In this document: positions 1-13,959 of the stretch, piece after piece
How positions within the stretch are numbered: the first letter of the stretch is position 1
How the letters are laid out: each line of letters starts with the position of its first letter
Assembly: GCA_964016885.1 (NCBI GenBank)
Contig: OZ024749.1
Location: 53,506,001-53,570,000, forward strand
Reading direction: 5' to 3'
DNA length: 64,000 nt
Source: Eledone cirrhosa
Taxonomy: Eukaryota
The notes under the pieces: model-generated
What the model was told of the DNA's origin: nothing
Database searches by the model: none
Seen by the model: only the letters and a program-made list of their open reading frames with translations
Translations under genes and position numbers: made by a program

Positions 1-6
1 TGGGAA

Positions 7-552
7 TTGTTAGATCATGCGCAAATGGGTGACAGGATGCCAAGCTCCTATTTGCGACATCTGCGGGAGTTGAGTGACTCCCAGGGGATGGACACCCCAT
101 TCCTCAAACAACTATTTTTCTCTCGTTTACCGCCAAGTGCGCAAAGGGTCTTGGTCAATAATTTGGAGAGGGAATCGTTAGATCGACTTGCCGCATCCGC
201 GGATAGAATACTAGAGGTGGACTCTAACAGCAGTCGGCATAATCCTTGTGTGGCTTCTTCTTCTGTCCCCCCACGCAATTCTTCTGTGGCCGACAGCAAA
301 CTGTTGGAGATGATCGAAGTGCTTACCAAAAAAGTGCAACATAGAGAGCCTTCTCAACGTTTAAGGTACCGTTCACCTCCGTCTGCTATTCCTCGAAACC
401 GCTACGAGTACCGTTCGCCACCGTCTTCTGTTCCTCGCCAACACTACACTTCAGGCAGCAGTAATTCTTTGATTTGTTGGTATCATGTTAACTTTGGCAG
501 TCGGGCGCCTTGTAGCTATAGGAGTTCGGAAAACGCCAATCAGAGCCACTAG
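7..552 (+). mobile_element. Ty3/Gypsy LTR retrotransposon gag (5' part outside window)
   Basis: ORF with GDRMPSSYLRHL..LKQLFFSRLP..LAASADRILE and a C-terminal CWYHxxFG knuckle (shortened), typical of Gypsy gag; followed by a protease ORF in the -1 frame. Confidence 0.85.
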
Positions 553-1013
553 GGGCGGCTAGTGAACTCTGGGAAACTCGACCAAACCGTCATCTTTTTG
601 TGTACGATCTGCAGTCAAAAAAATTTTTTATTGTCGACACTGGCGCATCACTAAGTATTTGGCCAGTCAGTTATCTTAAAAAAAACCCATCTGAATCAAA
701 TATCAATTTACGAGCAATCAACAACACAGCCATTCGAACGTACGGGCAAATTTCGCTTCCTCTTCGGTTTAAAAATTTGTGTCGTGAATTGAAGTGGAAG
801 TTTACTATCGCCGACTTGCCATACGCCATTTTGGGAGCGGATTTCCTCCACCATTTTTCCTTATCGATTGACATCCGCAGACAACGACTTTTTGATGCTA
901 ATACAGGCCTATCGTTCGAGGGTACAAAGCCGGAGATCGCCACAGTAAGCCCTGCTTTTTTCTTGGCTGAAGTGGGCAACCAGTATCACAGTTTGTTTTA
1001 CGATTTTTATTAA
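528..1013 (+). mobile_element. Gypsy aspartic protease (truncated pol), -1 frame relative to gag
   Basis: FIVDTGASLS and AILGADFL retropepsin motifs; frame is open from GGAAAAC (528-534) to TAA at 1013; no RT follows. Confidence 0.85.
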
Positions 1014-1032
1014 AAATCTGGTTGGAGGTGAT

Positions 1033-1535
1033 TGTAGTGACCTACATTCCGCGGGCTCACATACATTCTCTGTGCGTGATTTGGCTCAGCTCAGCCAATC
1101 AGCGCCAGTAGAGGAGGATGTATCCCTACGCGTCCTGAGGGAGAAATTACCCGCGAAGATTTGAAGAATCTCTCTCTCTCGTACCAGGGACTTCGAACCA
1201 GCAACACGTATATGTGACGGTGAGATTTTGCACCTTAACCTGCCGACTTTCTGGCGCAATGATACATTCCCTTTTATAACCTCATTTTTATGTGTAACTT
1301 CAACCATACAAGTTAACCAACATTATTTGTGCTACAACAAAAATAAACATATATTTCATCTCTAATTTCTGCTGTTGAAATCATTATTATGTTACTCGTG
1401 TCTCAATAACATTTAATTTACCATGCTGCTTATTTGGCGACCGGCTCTTGGTCAGTTCACTCACGAGTAAGTTTGTTAACCTTATTATATCTGTATCGAA
1501 TTTAATTAGTGGTTGGCCTGCAGTGGCGTTTACCA
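1033..1535 (+). mobile_element. Putative 3' LTR of the Gypsy element
   Basis: Starts TGTAGTG right after a purine-rich tract (GTTGGAGGTGAT, 1021-1032), contains AATAAA (~1342); right end (..TTACCA 1535) is a guess as the 5' LTR is outside the window. Confidence 0.45.
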
Positions 1536-1862
1536 AAGTAAATAACCCTGTGACCAATTCCCTAAACCTCTATAGTTTCCTCTATCTAGTGCATCACCTT
1601 TACCTTTGTAGCAGTTGACAATGATGCTGCTGCACTAATCCTTTGGTATGACACCTTCTGGTATTACCTGGTTAACAATACGTTATTCTTCAAAATTTGT
1701 CAACATTATAAACACTAACTCAATATATATTTTAATGTGACAAGCTTGGGAACAAGCCAATGATCTCATTTTTTAAAACACCCTGTATTTCTAATTAATG
1801 ACACTCTCTTATGATTTTGAAAATAATAAAAAAATGTTTAAACTGTATTTCTTATTTTTCAG

Positions 1863-4800
1863 TTCTTCAAGGTGATGAGGCAGGTATTGAAGAGGAATAC
1901 TCTATAGATGGCAAGATATACAAGGTTGTTTTCCTTTTTATTTCATTTAGTTTAAACTTTACTTCTATTTATTTAATTAATTTTGTGTATATACACATTT
2001 ACAATATATCCCTATGTTATTGATGGACGTTAGAAAAAGTACTCAATACTGAAGTAGAGTTTAAATATTCATTTATTATGGCTCAACAGTGAGTCTTGTT
2101 ACTCTGGAGTTTCATGATACTTTGAGTACACAGGTGAAAGTAACAAGGCTCACTTCTTAGCCATAATAAATGTATATTTAAACATAACAAATATCTACTT
2201 ACAATATATATATATGATATATATATGATGATGATGATGATCTATATATACACACAATTGCAGTTAGGAAGTGAAAGCACATTCTATTATATCTACATGT
2301 GGTTCCTATACTGACAGTACTTTCTATCTAAATCTTCTTTAAACAACACTTATTTCCTACTGAATTGATATATTCACGTATGTAAATTATATTATTTTAT
2401 TTGGCTTTGATGATCAAAATTGTTCGGGATTGAACTGTCTTTTATTCCATGTTGGATTAGTGAATTGTCTTTAAATCAATTAAAATAATTTAATATACTA
2501 ATCTGTGACTTATTATTTAATATTTGTGTATATGTTTGAGAAAGACAGAGCTTGGATGAACTAAGGGAGAAACAGGGTTTAAGAGGAATCCAAAGTGGTG
2601 TGCAAGAGAGAAGACCACATTGATACAGGCATATGATGATCACTGAGTGAAGAAGTGCTAGGAAATCCCAGGAGAAAGAAACCGCAGTAGAGATGACAAA
2701 GGAATCCAATGAGTGGAAAGATGCTGTGCTGAAAAGGAGTTGTCCAACCTATGCAAGCGTGGAAAAACTGACGTAAAAACAATGACGATGATGATATATT
2801 TATAGTTGAAAGGAAATAATATATTAAGCATTATCTTGTTTTATAATTTGGAACGTTATTTTTACATCATACATAGGTCAAAGAGAGAACTGTCAGAATT
2901 ATATAAGAACACCAAATACTAAATATAGTATTTCAGGATTGTTAACCCATCATCAGTGATGTTTACTCACACACTAATAATATATATATAAGATTTTGAA
3001 AATACATTTATGGAGGTGCTTATTTGCATATAGTACAAGCTTGATGAGCTAGTGTTAATTAGAAGCATTAACACAGCATGGTTCAGAATCGAAGCACATA
3101 TGGAAGCATATAGAATGTTTATCTATAATAAACTTAGATAAGTCTCATGTTAAGTATTTTAAGCTGTGCTCAATATTACATCTACCCCAGTAACTATGTG
3201 AGAATATGTCTTCTTCTTCAGTTATCCGATGCCTTGAGGTGGTGGAGAACGGTAAAATATGTAGGTGTAGTGAGCCACGTATTTAACCATTAGAAAAAGT
3301 ATGATGAAGTTCAACTTTAGGACCAAGGTTAAATCCCTTGCCAATTAGCCATTTATGCGGTCATGCAATACTGCTCCTGCAGCCAATGATGAGCCTGACC
3401 TCAATTCTTTGGAACAGCTGAGCTCTGATCAACAACAACCCAAGGGAATATGTGAGAACACTGAATACTATAGTATTTCAGGATCGTTAAACCATCATCA
3501 GTGACATTTATTCACTTGGTACTGAGACAAGAAAGTTAAAGCTTCTCAGATACAGAATTTTGCAAATAATACATATATGGAGATGTTTATTTGAATATAA
3601 TACAGGCTTGATGTATTATTTGTAAAATGTCATATATGCCTCTATTCTGAATAATACTGTATTAGTGGTACTGGTAATTAATGTTAGTTCATCAGGAGAA
3701 ATTGGTGACTAAGTCACAGCGTTACGTACTTAACTCCTGTTATATTATTATTCTCATGGTTTGAAAACAATAATTCATGGAAAATTGTGATTAAATATGC
3801 TGGTTTAATTTTTTTTTTTTAATTACTTTACCAGATTAAAGTATCCAGCAGTAATAAGGGCCCTTGGGATTTTTCTCAGCCAAGACTTCTTCAGGACCTA
3901 AGTGGAGAACATTCGGTAATATTAGATTTTACTTTGATCTGTTTATCTCACTTTAAACAATGTGTTATTTTTTTTTGATTATTTATATAAAAATACTTTG
4001 TATTTCGTTATTGCATTTCTATTTACTTTGTTTTTGAGAACAAAGAAGAGACACAGAAATGCAAGATCAGTCATTGAGAAGGTCACAGAATGTGTGATAA
4101 AAGATCTCTGATAATTAAACATGACAAACGGCTGTCCAGTTACTGGACTAAGCAAGGAATGGATTAGTTACCTATCTAATAATAAACTGAAGTGAAACTC
4201 AACTGGTGCATGTGTTTTTATTGGCAGCATGACCCTACCAAAGCATAACAATACTTTATATTTATTCTGTGTTATATATGTGTGTGTGTGTGTATAAATT
4301 TATATACACATGTGTATGTTTGTACATATTTGATACAACCATATAGTTACAGCCTACTTTTGTCATATATATATATATGTCTAAAGAAGAAATATGAGAA
4401 GCAGGGGTTGTATGGAAGAAAGGATGTGTTGAGATGAAAAAAAGTAATTTAGCAAAGATCTATATAATTCACATTTTATTATTACTTTAACACAATTTTT
4501 GAATTGCTTCTGAGTTAGTTCTGTTATGACTATCTTTCAAATAAACTTGTAGAAATTATGTTGTAATTAATATTTATATATTTATTATTGTTTCTTTTAA
4601 GCATTTTAATGAAGTTAGTCTCATTGTCATAAATTTTGTTTCTTTTTCAGAATGCAATTTGGACCATGAAATTCTCACCTTGTGGACGTCTACTGGTAAA
4701 CATTTTCTTTAATTAAACAATTTTTGGTTAAGATTACAAAGTCGACTTTTGTTATTATGTTATATATCCTGTAACAAGGTTCTGTTTATTAGTGTAACCT

Positions 4801-7800
4801 GTGAAGATATAACACTACATGTTATGATGGCAGTATGACACTACATGTTATGATGGCAGTATGACACATGTTATGATGGCAGTATGACACTACATGTTAT
4901 GATGGCAGTATGATGCTACATGTTATGATGGCAGTATGTAACTGACTGGGGACTAAGAGGTTATACTATACATGTAAAATACAGAAATGATTTTATCAAT
5001 GGTTTTAAAATAGTTCTCAACTTTAAGGAATATCTAAAATGTGTTGTCTTTAAAATTGACAGGCTACTGGTGGTCAAGATAGCGTGCTACGGATTTGGAT
5101 CTTAAAAAATGCTTATCCTTATTTTGAAGATTTGGGACAAAAATATGCAGGTATAGTATATTTATTTATTTACAGATTTCAGTCAGTAGACTGGGTATGC
5201 TAGGACACTACCTTTAAGAATTATTGTCAGTACTTAATCTGATACTCATTTTATTGGTCTCTGTTTATTGAATGATACAGTTAACCTTCAATTAAATCTT
5301 TTGTTTAAGGCTGTTACATTCCTTAGGGAGTTACTACCACAACAGAATTACACACACAAGAAATCATACACACACACAAGGAATTATACATACACATAGA
5401 CACACACATTTCATGTGTAGACAGTGAATATGATAGAGGGTAGGTGCAGATAATTAGATTGTAAGTGAGGGGGAGTGAGTTAGTGATGTCAGGAGACAGA
5501 CTAATGTGTGTATGGTGGGGTTGGTGTAGAAAGACTGCCAAAGGGGTAGTGTCAAGAGAAAGAGGCATATTAGCAGGGTGGGGATGACCACTCAACCTTG
5601 ACACTACCATCCTTCTTTAATTGAGAGTTGAAAAATTAAATATTCAGCATATTTGTTTTCTGAAATCGATTGACAAGATCCCAGACCTCATTTGCTTACC
5701 AAGTGGGGTGGAACTCATCAAATTGGACCAAGGAAACAACATGAAATAAAGTGTTTTGCTCAAGGACATAACGCATCACTCAGTCTAGGAATTGAAGTCG
5801 CAACCTCACAATTGTGACTCCAATTTTCTAACCACAAACCTTCACAATCATGATATAGGTACTCATATTATTAAAAGAAATTGCATTATTGTTAATCTTT
5901 ATTTTATTTATTTTTGCCTCCATATTATTTTATCAACCATCACCATACTGATCCCTCTGTTGAGGCTACAAAGGATCTTTTTATTTTATAATTTTAGACA
6001 AGATGACACCATCAACATCTCGGGAAAGCTTGGATTCAGCTACATCCTCTGAAACTTCCAATCTGGATAAAAAAGTAAATTCAATGATTTTTTTTTTTTT
6101 TTTAGCGGTTTTCCTTCTTCTTTGCCTACTTATTCCTGGGAGGGTCCTGAAATACTCCTTCCAGCAGGTTTTGTCAGAAGCAACCATCTCCAACTGGTCC
6201 AGTATACTTTTCATTGACTTTATTAGTCTGTTCTCAGAAATTTATACATTTATATTTAATACTTAGATATTATAGTCTCTGTGCCAATTGAATTATTGTT
6301 TGAAGTATTTTTTATAAAGCAACATCAACAACTTAATTTGGTTATTGGTTGTGGTTTCTAATGTTTTTCTTTTTTTTTTCTGGGGGTGGTGGTTTCTTTA
6401 GGGAATTGGACAAACAGAAGATGAATACAAAAATGCTCCATTTGTGAAAAAGCCTTTCTGTGTATATAGAGGACATTCTGCTGATTTGTTAGATATCTCG
6501 TGGTCCAAGGTAAGTTTCTGCTTCCTTCACACTTTAATTAGCTCATGTTGACCCTCCGGGCTCAAGATTTTAACCCTTTGATGGACCCTTAACCCTTAAA
6601 TTTTATTTTTATTATTTACTTTTTAAAATTTTATTTTTTTTCTCTAGAACTATTTTATTCTGTCATCATCAATGGACAAAACTGTGCGGTTGTGGCACAT
6701 ATCCAGACGAGAATGTTTATGTACTTTCCAGCATATAGACTTTGTTACAGCTATTGTCTTTCATCCCAAGGTCAGTCCTCTTCTTACATGTTTCTTCCTT
6801 TACACAGACAAACACACACTAAAACACATGCTCAAGCACACACACAAACAGTCACAGACAGTGACAAACACACACACACAGGACAAACGCACACGGACAG
6901 ACAAACGGACAGACACAGACGGACAGACAGACACAGACGGACAGACAGACACAGACGGACAGACAGACACAGACGGACAGACAGACACAGACGGACAGAC
7001 ACAGACGGACAGACACAGACGGACAGACACAGACGGACAGACACAGACGGACAGACACAGACGGACAGACACAGACGGACAGACACAGACGGACAGACAC
7101 AGACGGACAGACACAGACGGACAGACACAGACGGACAGACACAGACGGACAGACACAGACGGACAGACACAGACGGACAGACACAGACGGACAGACACAG
7201 ACGGACAGACACAGACGGACAGACACAGACGGACAGACACAGACGGACAGACACAGACGGACACACACACAGACGGACACACACACAGACGGACACACGC
7301 ACAGACGGACACACGCACAGACGGACACACGCACAGACGGACACACGCACAGACGGACACACGCACAGACGGACACACGCACAGACGGACACACACCCAC
7401 ACACGGACACACACCCACACACACCCACACACGGACACACACCCACACACGGACACACACCCACACACGGACACACACCCACACACGGACACACACCCAC
7501 ACACGGACACACACCCACACACGGACACACACCCACACACGGACACACACCCACACACGGACACACACCCACACACGGACACACACCCACACACGGACAC
7601 ACACCCACACACGGACACACACCCACACACGGACACACACAGACACACGGACACACACCCACACACACCCACACAGACACACACCCACACACACCCACAC
7701 AGACACACACCCACACACAGACACACACACACAGACAGACACACACAGACAGACAGACAGACACACACACAGACACACACAGACAGACACACACACACAG

Positions 7801-10800
7801 ACACACACACACAGACACACACACAGAGACACACACACACACAGACACACACACAGAGACACACACACACACAGACACACACACACAGACACACAGAGAC
7901 AGACACGCAGAGAGATGGACAGACACACACATACTTCAGTAATTTCTTTTTATTATACCTATCTATTTTTATAATGAATTACAGGATGACCGATACTTTC
8001 TGAGTGGTTCTCTTGATGGCAAACTACGATTATGGAATATTCCAGATAAGAAAGTAACTTTATGGAATGAAGTGAACAGTCCCTCCAATTTAATTACAAC
8101 TGCTAACTTCTGCAATAATGGAAAGTATGCAGTAGTTGGTACTTATGATGGCAAATGTATATTTTTTACAACAGAGGTAAGGGAATAATTTCATTTACTT
8201 CTCTCTCTACTAAAGAAACTATAAAGTTATCAACTAAAACTGAAATATGTTCTTGTTGAGTCATCTAATGCCTTGAGGTGGTGGTGAGGCATTGACAAAG
8301 TTTGAGCTCCAGAGTCCTCAGTTGACTATCACAGTATGCAGATCTGTTCCTTTGAGGCTTGTGACCTTCTCAGTGATGCAACAGACCTATAATCAAAGAT
8401 GTCCTACTGTGACCATCCTGTTTTCTATTCAGACACAGCGTATCTAGGACGACACCTCCACTTTGTTATTATAATATATATATAATTAGAAAGTGAACAC
8501 AAAATATAACTTCTCCATTACCAAAGGTTTTTGGATCCCAGACAATATTAATATACGTCTGGATCAGTCATCAGACAGAGATGTTATGGATAGAAAATAT
8601 GAAATGAGATTTAAAATCTCATTTCATATTTTCTATCCAGAAACCTTTGGTAATGGAGTAGTTATATTTTGTGCTGTTCGCTTTCTAATTATATATATAT
8701 ATCATCATGATTTTATGTCTGCTTTTCCCTGCTTGCAAGGGTTGGACGGGTCCTATTCAGCACAGCATCTCTCCACTTGTCACGGTCCTTCGTCATCTCC
8801 TCAGTGAGTTTCAGCGATCTGAGGTCTGCTCTCACCACCACAACAAGTGGAGGTATTGTTACATAAGAGATTTATTGCTCAATCCTGGTTACAAATGTTT
8901 CCCAAGCAGCTGGCTCATGATCCAGATTGACACTCCAGACCAAATTCCCAAACTGCCTGATCCTCTGACCAGTGTCTCACAACAAAAACCACACACACAC
9001 ATACATACATATTTATATATACATGTATATATATATATATGTATATACATACTGTGTGTGTGTGTGTGTGTTCGATATAATGTTCCTTCTTTTATTTCAT
9101 TTTGTCCGTTTATGTATTTTTTAGCAACTAAAATATTCCACACAAATTCATGTTCGATCCACAAGAGGAAAAAATGCAAAAGGTAGAAAAGTTACTGGTA
9201 TAGAACCACTCCATGGTGAAGATAAGGTATGACCTTCTTTCTCAGTCTTGTTTAATACAAGGGATTACTATTATGATTAAATGGACTTTAGTTCATTATT
9301 GATTTATGGGGAGGAGGTACAACTGGGTGGCTGCTTTTCCATTCGTGAATCCCAGGCAAAGAAACCTGAGTTCGATGTATTGTGAACTAGAGACAGTGCT
9401 GGACTTAGCTGTAGCTTAGGGCCACACACCCTCAGGGACCTCATCTTTTTAAATATTTTTATCATTTATCATTGTTTTTTATTCTTTAACATTAAATCAT
9501 TTATATATATATATTATTTATTATTAATATAAAAAGTAATCATTATTATTTAAGTTTTATTTAATAGGGTGGTGGATGGCAGTATCGGTAGAGGGTCGGA
9601 CGCCATGCTTTGCAGCAAAGAGTTACGGCCCTTACCATTCTGAGTTCAAATCCCGCCGAGGTTAACTTTGCCTTTCATCTTTACGGGGTCGATAAAATAA
9701 AGTACCAGTAATGTACTTGGTAATTGCTGGCCTTGTGCCAAAAGTAGAAACAATTATTATTTAAAATTTGTTACCTGAATGTTTTTGGAGGTGGGCCTCT
9801 AATTTCATATAGCTTAGGGTCTCAGCAGATGAAAGTCTGGCTCTGACTAGAGAGACTATTATCTAGGACTAAATTCTCTTTCCCTCTCTCTCCCCCTTTA
9901 TTTCAACTTAATATTACAATTTTTTCATTCTTTTCTAGATTCTTGTCACTACAAATGATTCTAGAATCCGGCTTTATGACTTGAGGGATCTGACATTGAC
10001 CTGTAAATATAAAGGTGGAACTAACAACAGCAGCCAAATCAAAGCAAGCTTTAGGTCAGGAAATTATTTGTTACACACACATTATAAAGAGTGAGGACCT
10101 GACAGCTGAGCTCTTGCCATTTTAACAGCTATATATATACACACACACACACAGATATACACATGTTGCAAGCTCATATGATTCTCCTGTTACAAAAGAA
10201 ATTGTTCTTGTTAGTTGTAATCCACTACACTATGCCATCCTACAGTAAAGGCTGTGGAGTATTGAAAAACTGTTTTATGAAAAGTTAGTACAAATTTGAA
10301 TCTGATGGTGCTGGGTTGTTTCAATCATGCCTTTGTCTATTACTGTTGCATCTCCCATCTTTGCTGAATTATATTTGGGGGTCATACATATACACACATA
10401 TATACATACACACACACACATATAGGCATATATACACACACCTATCTATATACACAACTGTGGCTTTGTTCCACAAGTTATTGCTACTTAATGTAATCTA
10501 CTACACACACTGACTTTCTTTGTCAGACCCCCCCCTCCACATCAACAGTCCCTTTCTCACCTCCCCCATCAACAGAGCCCCTTTCTCACCTCCCCCCATC
10601 TGTACAAATCTTTCTCACTTCCCCCATCTACAAAATATCTGCAATAATATTAACACATCTGATTCAGATATCAATAACAATATATTCTTTTTTTTTTATT
10701 CTTTCAGTACAAAAGGAAAATATATTATTTGCGGTTCTGAAGACCATTTTATTTACCTGTGGAAAACTCATCATGATTATTACAAATTCTCAAGTGCTCG

Positions 10801-11963
10801 TCGGGATCGCAATGATTATTGGGAAGCCATCAAAGGTTAGTCGTTGGTCAGCTTTTCTTTCTATGTTTTCATAGAAGCACAACAGCCACTAGGCTGATCA
10901 TTCATTGATAGGATAATATCTGGGGTGGTTATACACTTAAGCTGTTGCCTAGTTTTAAGTTCTTCACACATCTACTGATGCAAAACATTGGACAGACCAT
11001 CAATGTTGTATCCTGGATTCACTGGGTGTTTCAAATCTTACAACATCCACTCTTATTCAAGTAACCCTCAGTAATAGGGTAATATCTTAAGTGGTTGTAC
11101 ACTTAAGCTGTTGCCCAGTTTCTTCACGCATCCATGAATGCAAAATAATGTTAATAATAATATGAGAGAGCCTGGATGAATTGAGGGAAAAACTTGGTTC
11201 AAGAGGAATCCGAAGTGGTGTGCAAGAGATGATGATCGTTGAGTGAAGAAGTGCCAGGAAATCCCAGTGGAGGGAAGTTGCAGTAGAGGTAGACTAAGAA
11301 AGACCAGGGCAGAAATGGTCAGAACTCATCACAAATTGCTGAAACTCAGAGGAGATAATAAAGGAATGTGACAAGTGAAAAGATGATGTGCTGAAAAGGA
11401 CCTGTCCAACCCATGCGAGCAGGGAAAAGCAAATGTAAAAACAATGATGAATATTAAATAATTAATATTACCTGTTAATTGAAATGACTGTCTCAGAAAG
11501 CTGGTGCCATGTGATAGAAATATATAAAGGGCAAAGGGCAGTATATTTTCACATTTGAAAAGAGGGTTATAGCTCTGAAATATCATGTTGAAATATACTG
11601 GATAAAACATTACTTTGTTTTATTTGTCACCCTTTTCCCTTTATATATTTCTACCACATTGTCCTGGCTTTCTGAAACTTAGTCATTTATTACATATCTC
11701 ACAATGCTTCGTATTAACTACACTACTAAATTTTAGATGTTTATTATTATTATTTTTGTTTTCTTCTTGTAGTGCATAATGCAGTTGTAACAGTGGCTGT
11801 TCTTGCACCAAATCCACAGTTGATGGTAAAATCAAACACTAACGCTGGAACATCAAGCTCAGATTCAGAAATGAACCCATCTGAAGAGAGGGAAATTATT
11901 GTGAGTGCAGATTTCACTGGGGCTGTCAAAGTCATACAAAGTAGAATAAAAAATTCTGCTTGA
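1863..11963 (+). CDS. WDR44: WD repeat-containing protein 44 (Rab11-binding protein), 3' part; exons 1863-1924, 3835-3915, 4651-4695, 5063-5150, 5998-6074, 6402-6509, 6648-6770, 7985-8176, 9125-9226, 9939-10054, 10708-10835, 11773-11963
   Basis: All introns GT-AG with consistent phases. Translation includes [150 protein letters not shown], matching the WDR44 C-terminal WD40 region. N-terminal exons lie upstream of the window; exon 1863-1924 is the least certain. Confidence 0.95.
2545..2795 (+). mobile_element. Internally deleted RTE-derived short retroposon (related copies 11165-11450 +, 13470-13545 +, 8705-8840 -)
   Basis: Degenerate ELREKxGxRGIxxGVQERR coding remnant joined to an AACCYATGCAAGCGTGGAA..(GAT)n 3' end like that of the longer RTE copies. 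Confidence 0.65.
2908..2963 (-). ncRNA. Type I hammerhead ribozyme-like motif (Penelope-like remnant); second copy ~3457-3508
   Basis: Minus strand: AACAUCA CUGAUGA u-GGGUU aac AAUCC-u GAAA UACU auauuu AGUA UU UGGUGUU; core boxes and stems I-III can be drawn. Confidence 0.5.
4812..4938. repeat. 26-bp minisatellite (~5 copies)
   Basis: Tandem ACACTACATGTTATGATGGCAGTATG. Confidence 0.9.
6800..7932. repeat. Compound AC-rich micro/minisatellite in a WDR44 intron
   Basis: Blocks of 18-, 14-, 16- and 18-bp units built from ACAG/ACGG/ACAC/ACCC; explains five spurious long ORFs. Confidence 0.95.
9567..9757 (+). mobile_element. tRNA-derived SINE family 1; other copies ~15100-15315 +, 15505-15660 -, 22378-22575 -, 24545-24670 -, 39915-40097 +, 49560-49700 -, 50080-50222 +, 56145-56300 +, 58320-58475 +, 63415-63515 -
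   Basis: B-box GAGTTCAAATCC, conserved core TTTGCCTTTCATC..GGGGTCGATAAAATAAAGTACCAGT and (ATT)n tail repeated many times in the window. Confidence 0.85.
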
Positions 11964-12589
11964 TTGTTGTAAATTCATCTTCTATTATTTTAAAATTCTT
12001 GCTCAGCTCTACACTGTTAAGCAGTAATTCAAACGTTGACCAGATTTATTATGGCTTTCCAAGAACAGATGAAAATAGATAGTACCTACTCTACTTAATA
12101 GTGGTTGATTCGAGGACAAATATATACCAGGCTATATAATCATTTGCTTCAAAAATATATATCGTTCCATCTGGTTAATGATACCAAAAGAAAAAAAACA
12201 TATATATATGTGTGTGTGTGTGTGAGGAACATGTTCTTCCGATCTTTAGCAATATTATCTCTGCTGTTAGTGCTTCATACAAAAGCAGGACATTGTTGAT
12301 TTCTGTTGAATAATTGTTTTCAAAACATTTATGTTTTGGTTAAGCATTTTAGCAACTCTGCTGAAAGCTAACTACAACTACGACCAATATTTCCTATATG
12401 AAATTCAGTTGTTAATCTGGGCTACACTATGGTTAATGCTGAAACAAAAATATATCTTACTTCAAAATATATTTCTTCTTTTTTTTTTTTTTAATAGTTC
12501 CAAGCTATTAATAAAAAATGTAGCATCACTATCTTTGAATATTCTTTTTAATATTTATTTTATAACAAGAAAGTTTTTCTTTTTCAGAA

Positions 12590-13300
12590 TTTCTGTCATG
12601 ATCTTCAATATATTACCTGATTGATATTGCAAATTATATGTTCATTTTAACAATATCAAATAAGTGTTAGGGTTAGATATTACAGGAATAATTTGTGCAA
12701 GTTCTTCTGGAAAGTTTATCAATCCTGTTAAAGGAGTGGCAGTGATTATACCACTTTGATCTTGCTATAAAGAGTTGGAGCTGGATGTCAAGAACCTATG
12801 TGGCATCTCAAACTCCAAAGTAACAACAGGTAGACTAAGAAAGACACACAAACTCCAAAACAACAGGTAGTAGACCAAGAAAGTGAAACAAACATTACAA
12901 TGCAAATTTGACATCAGTTTCAGAGGAATTTGTCCTTTCCATAAGAGAAAAATTCAGACAGGAGATTTTCAATGTTATTTTAGATGAGTTTTCTGTTGCC
13001 TTACAAAAACACAAGGAACAACTTAGTGAATGAGTGTTTGACAAAGTCATAGAAAGCCTTCATAATTTACCTGATGTGCAGATAAGACCAGAAGCTGGAA
13101 AATTTAATATCGTTTTCTCTTGTGATTTTTATTTACTAATGCAGTGATAGACGGAATTGTTATCTGGTTTCCATCTTTCCAAATTCAAGACTCTGAAGAT
13201 AGTTTTGCTCCATGATGAAGGGTTTGCTGATATCTTTCCAATTGTTGATGCAGTTTTTATAATATATTTGAGCTTGATCGTCGCTAGTTCCTCAAGAGGA
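12590..13300 (+). pseudogene. Degraded hAT-like transposase fragment
   Basis: Broken frames read EKFRQEIFNVILDEF and ADIFPIVDAVFIIYLSLIVASSS, resembling the hAT C-terminal/dimerisation region; several stops and frameshifts. Confidence 0.45.
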
Positions 13301-13959
13301 GACTGCATTGGTATGGATATATGAAAAGCATGGATGATAATCTCTGGGTGAAGAAATGCCAAGTAATACTAGTGAAAGGAAGCTGTGGTAGAGAAGACCT
13401 GGATGGAAGTGCTGAGAGCTTATCTCAGATTGCTAAAGCTCACAGAGTTGATAACAAAGGTATGTCACAAGTGGAGAAATTCTGTACTGAGAAGGACCTG
13501 TCCAACTCATGCAAGTGTGGAACAATGGATGTAAAATGATGATAATGTATATGTTTATGTAACATTTCCAACATGCTACACAGCCTGTACCAATCAACCT
13601 CCACTGCACATCAACTGACAACAACCCACATTGAGTCTCTCTTACAGTCAGTCTAAATAAATCGAAAAATATGTAGAATTGAAAAGAAACAACTAAAGTT
13701 AGCAACTATATTAAATTACCATCAAATACATCACTAAAAAAATATATAAAGCTGTACATGGTAGAAGCTGTCTTTTCTGCTGGCGAGTTTCTCCAAGGTT
13801 TTGATACATTTTTGTGAACATTCTTATAAAAAATGTTAATAGCAACCCAAGGTATCCTTTGGAAAATGTTCCAACAAACCACCCTGGAACACACCTAAAT
13901 TCCCTATTCCCCCCCTACCCCAAGAAAAAAACATGAAATTCATTAGAATTTCACCAAAT

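Noticed and set aside
6672-8003. 350-440 aa ORFs on both strands
   Set aside because: Stop-free AC-rich satellite; only 6648-6770 and 7985-8176 are WDR44 exons.
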